Shown here in pieces: positions 63,801 to 64,000 of a stretch of DNA of 64,000 bases (positions are counted from its first letter, which is position 1; each line of letters begins with the position of its first letter). This DNA comes from Amphiscolops sp. MND2022 (taxonomy: Eukaryota): positions 35,218,001-35,282,000 of the forward strand of contig OZ076409.1 in the NCBI GenBank assembly GCA_964187785.1, read 5' to 3'. The notes beneath the pieces are model-generated. The model ran no database searches and was not told the DNA's origin. It saw only the letters and a program-made list of their open reading frames with translations. The translations under genes and the position numbers were made by a program.

Positions 63801-64000
63801 TTGCCGCTATGAAGGTTGGCGTTTCTGTTGTAATGATTGTGAAATCTTCCCAGTTCAGGTTATTCGTCAAAATTTCGCCATAAGTGTTTGTCTTCTCATC
63901 CCACGATAGATGTCGAGCGTTGAAGTCCGCCATAGTGATTATCCTTTTGCACCAGTGAAACTTCGCCATCTTTTCCGCACATTTCAACATCTTGAGGAAT
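60852..64000 (-). mobile_element. APE-RT LINE, ORF2 pseudogene, continuing beyond the window (3' limit uncertain)
   Basis: APE motifs ADFNARH..W, PTF, IDF, GHVPV; RT motifs RPIS, QEGF, FIDFEKAY, GLPQGSVIS, FADD; stops and frameshifts. Confidence 0.9.

Overview
AT-rich eukaryotic (animal, probably invertebrate) genomic DNA. No prokaryotic operons, CRISPR arrays or rRNA/tRNA genes are evident. About 2.7-53.2 kb is one minus-strand multi-exon gene that the ORF track only partly shows. I assembled 14 GT-AG exons by eye; all splice phases are compatible and give about 769 codons: signal peptide, six divergent Ig domains and the start of an FN3 domain. This is an L1/neuroglian/contactin-type adhesion molecule whose 3' end probably lies left of the window. 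Introns and the upstream 11 kb are dominated by mobile DNA. Two families of non-autonomous Helentron-like (HINE/DINE-1-like) elements are present: one has expanded its internal ~180-bp repeat into a 4.5-kb satellite with a 5-mer (~900-bp) higher-order period, the other carries a tRNA-like A/B-box segment. Also present: three decayed hAT elements with 8-bp TSDs, hAT MITEs, a GalEa-like Ty1/copia element with 97-bp LTRs nested in a MITE, a CRE-like non-LTR fragment, an APE-RT LINE, and a 1.8-kb tandem duplication that starts exactly at a hAT-like terminus. All calls come from reading the sequence; no database searches were run.
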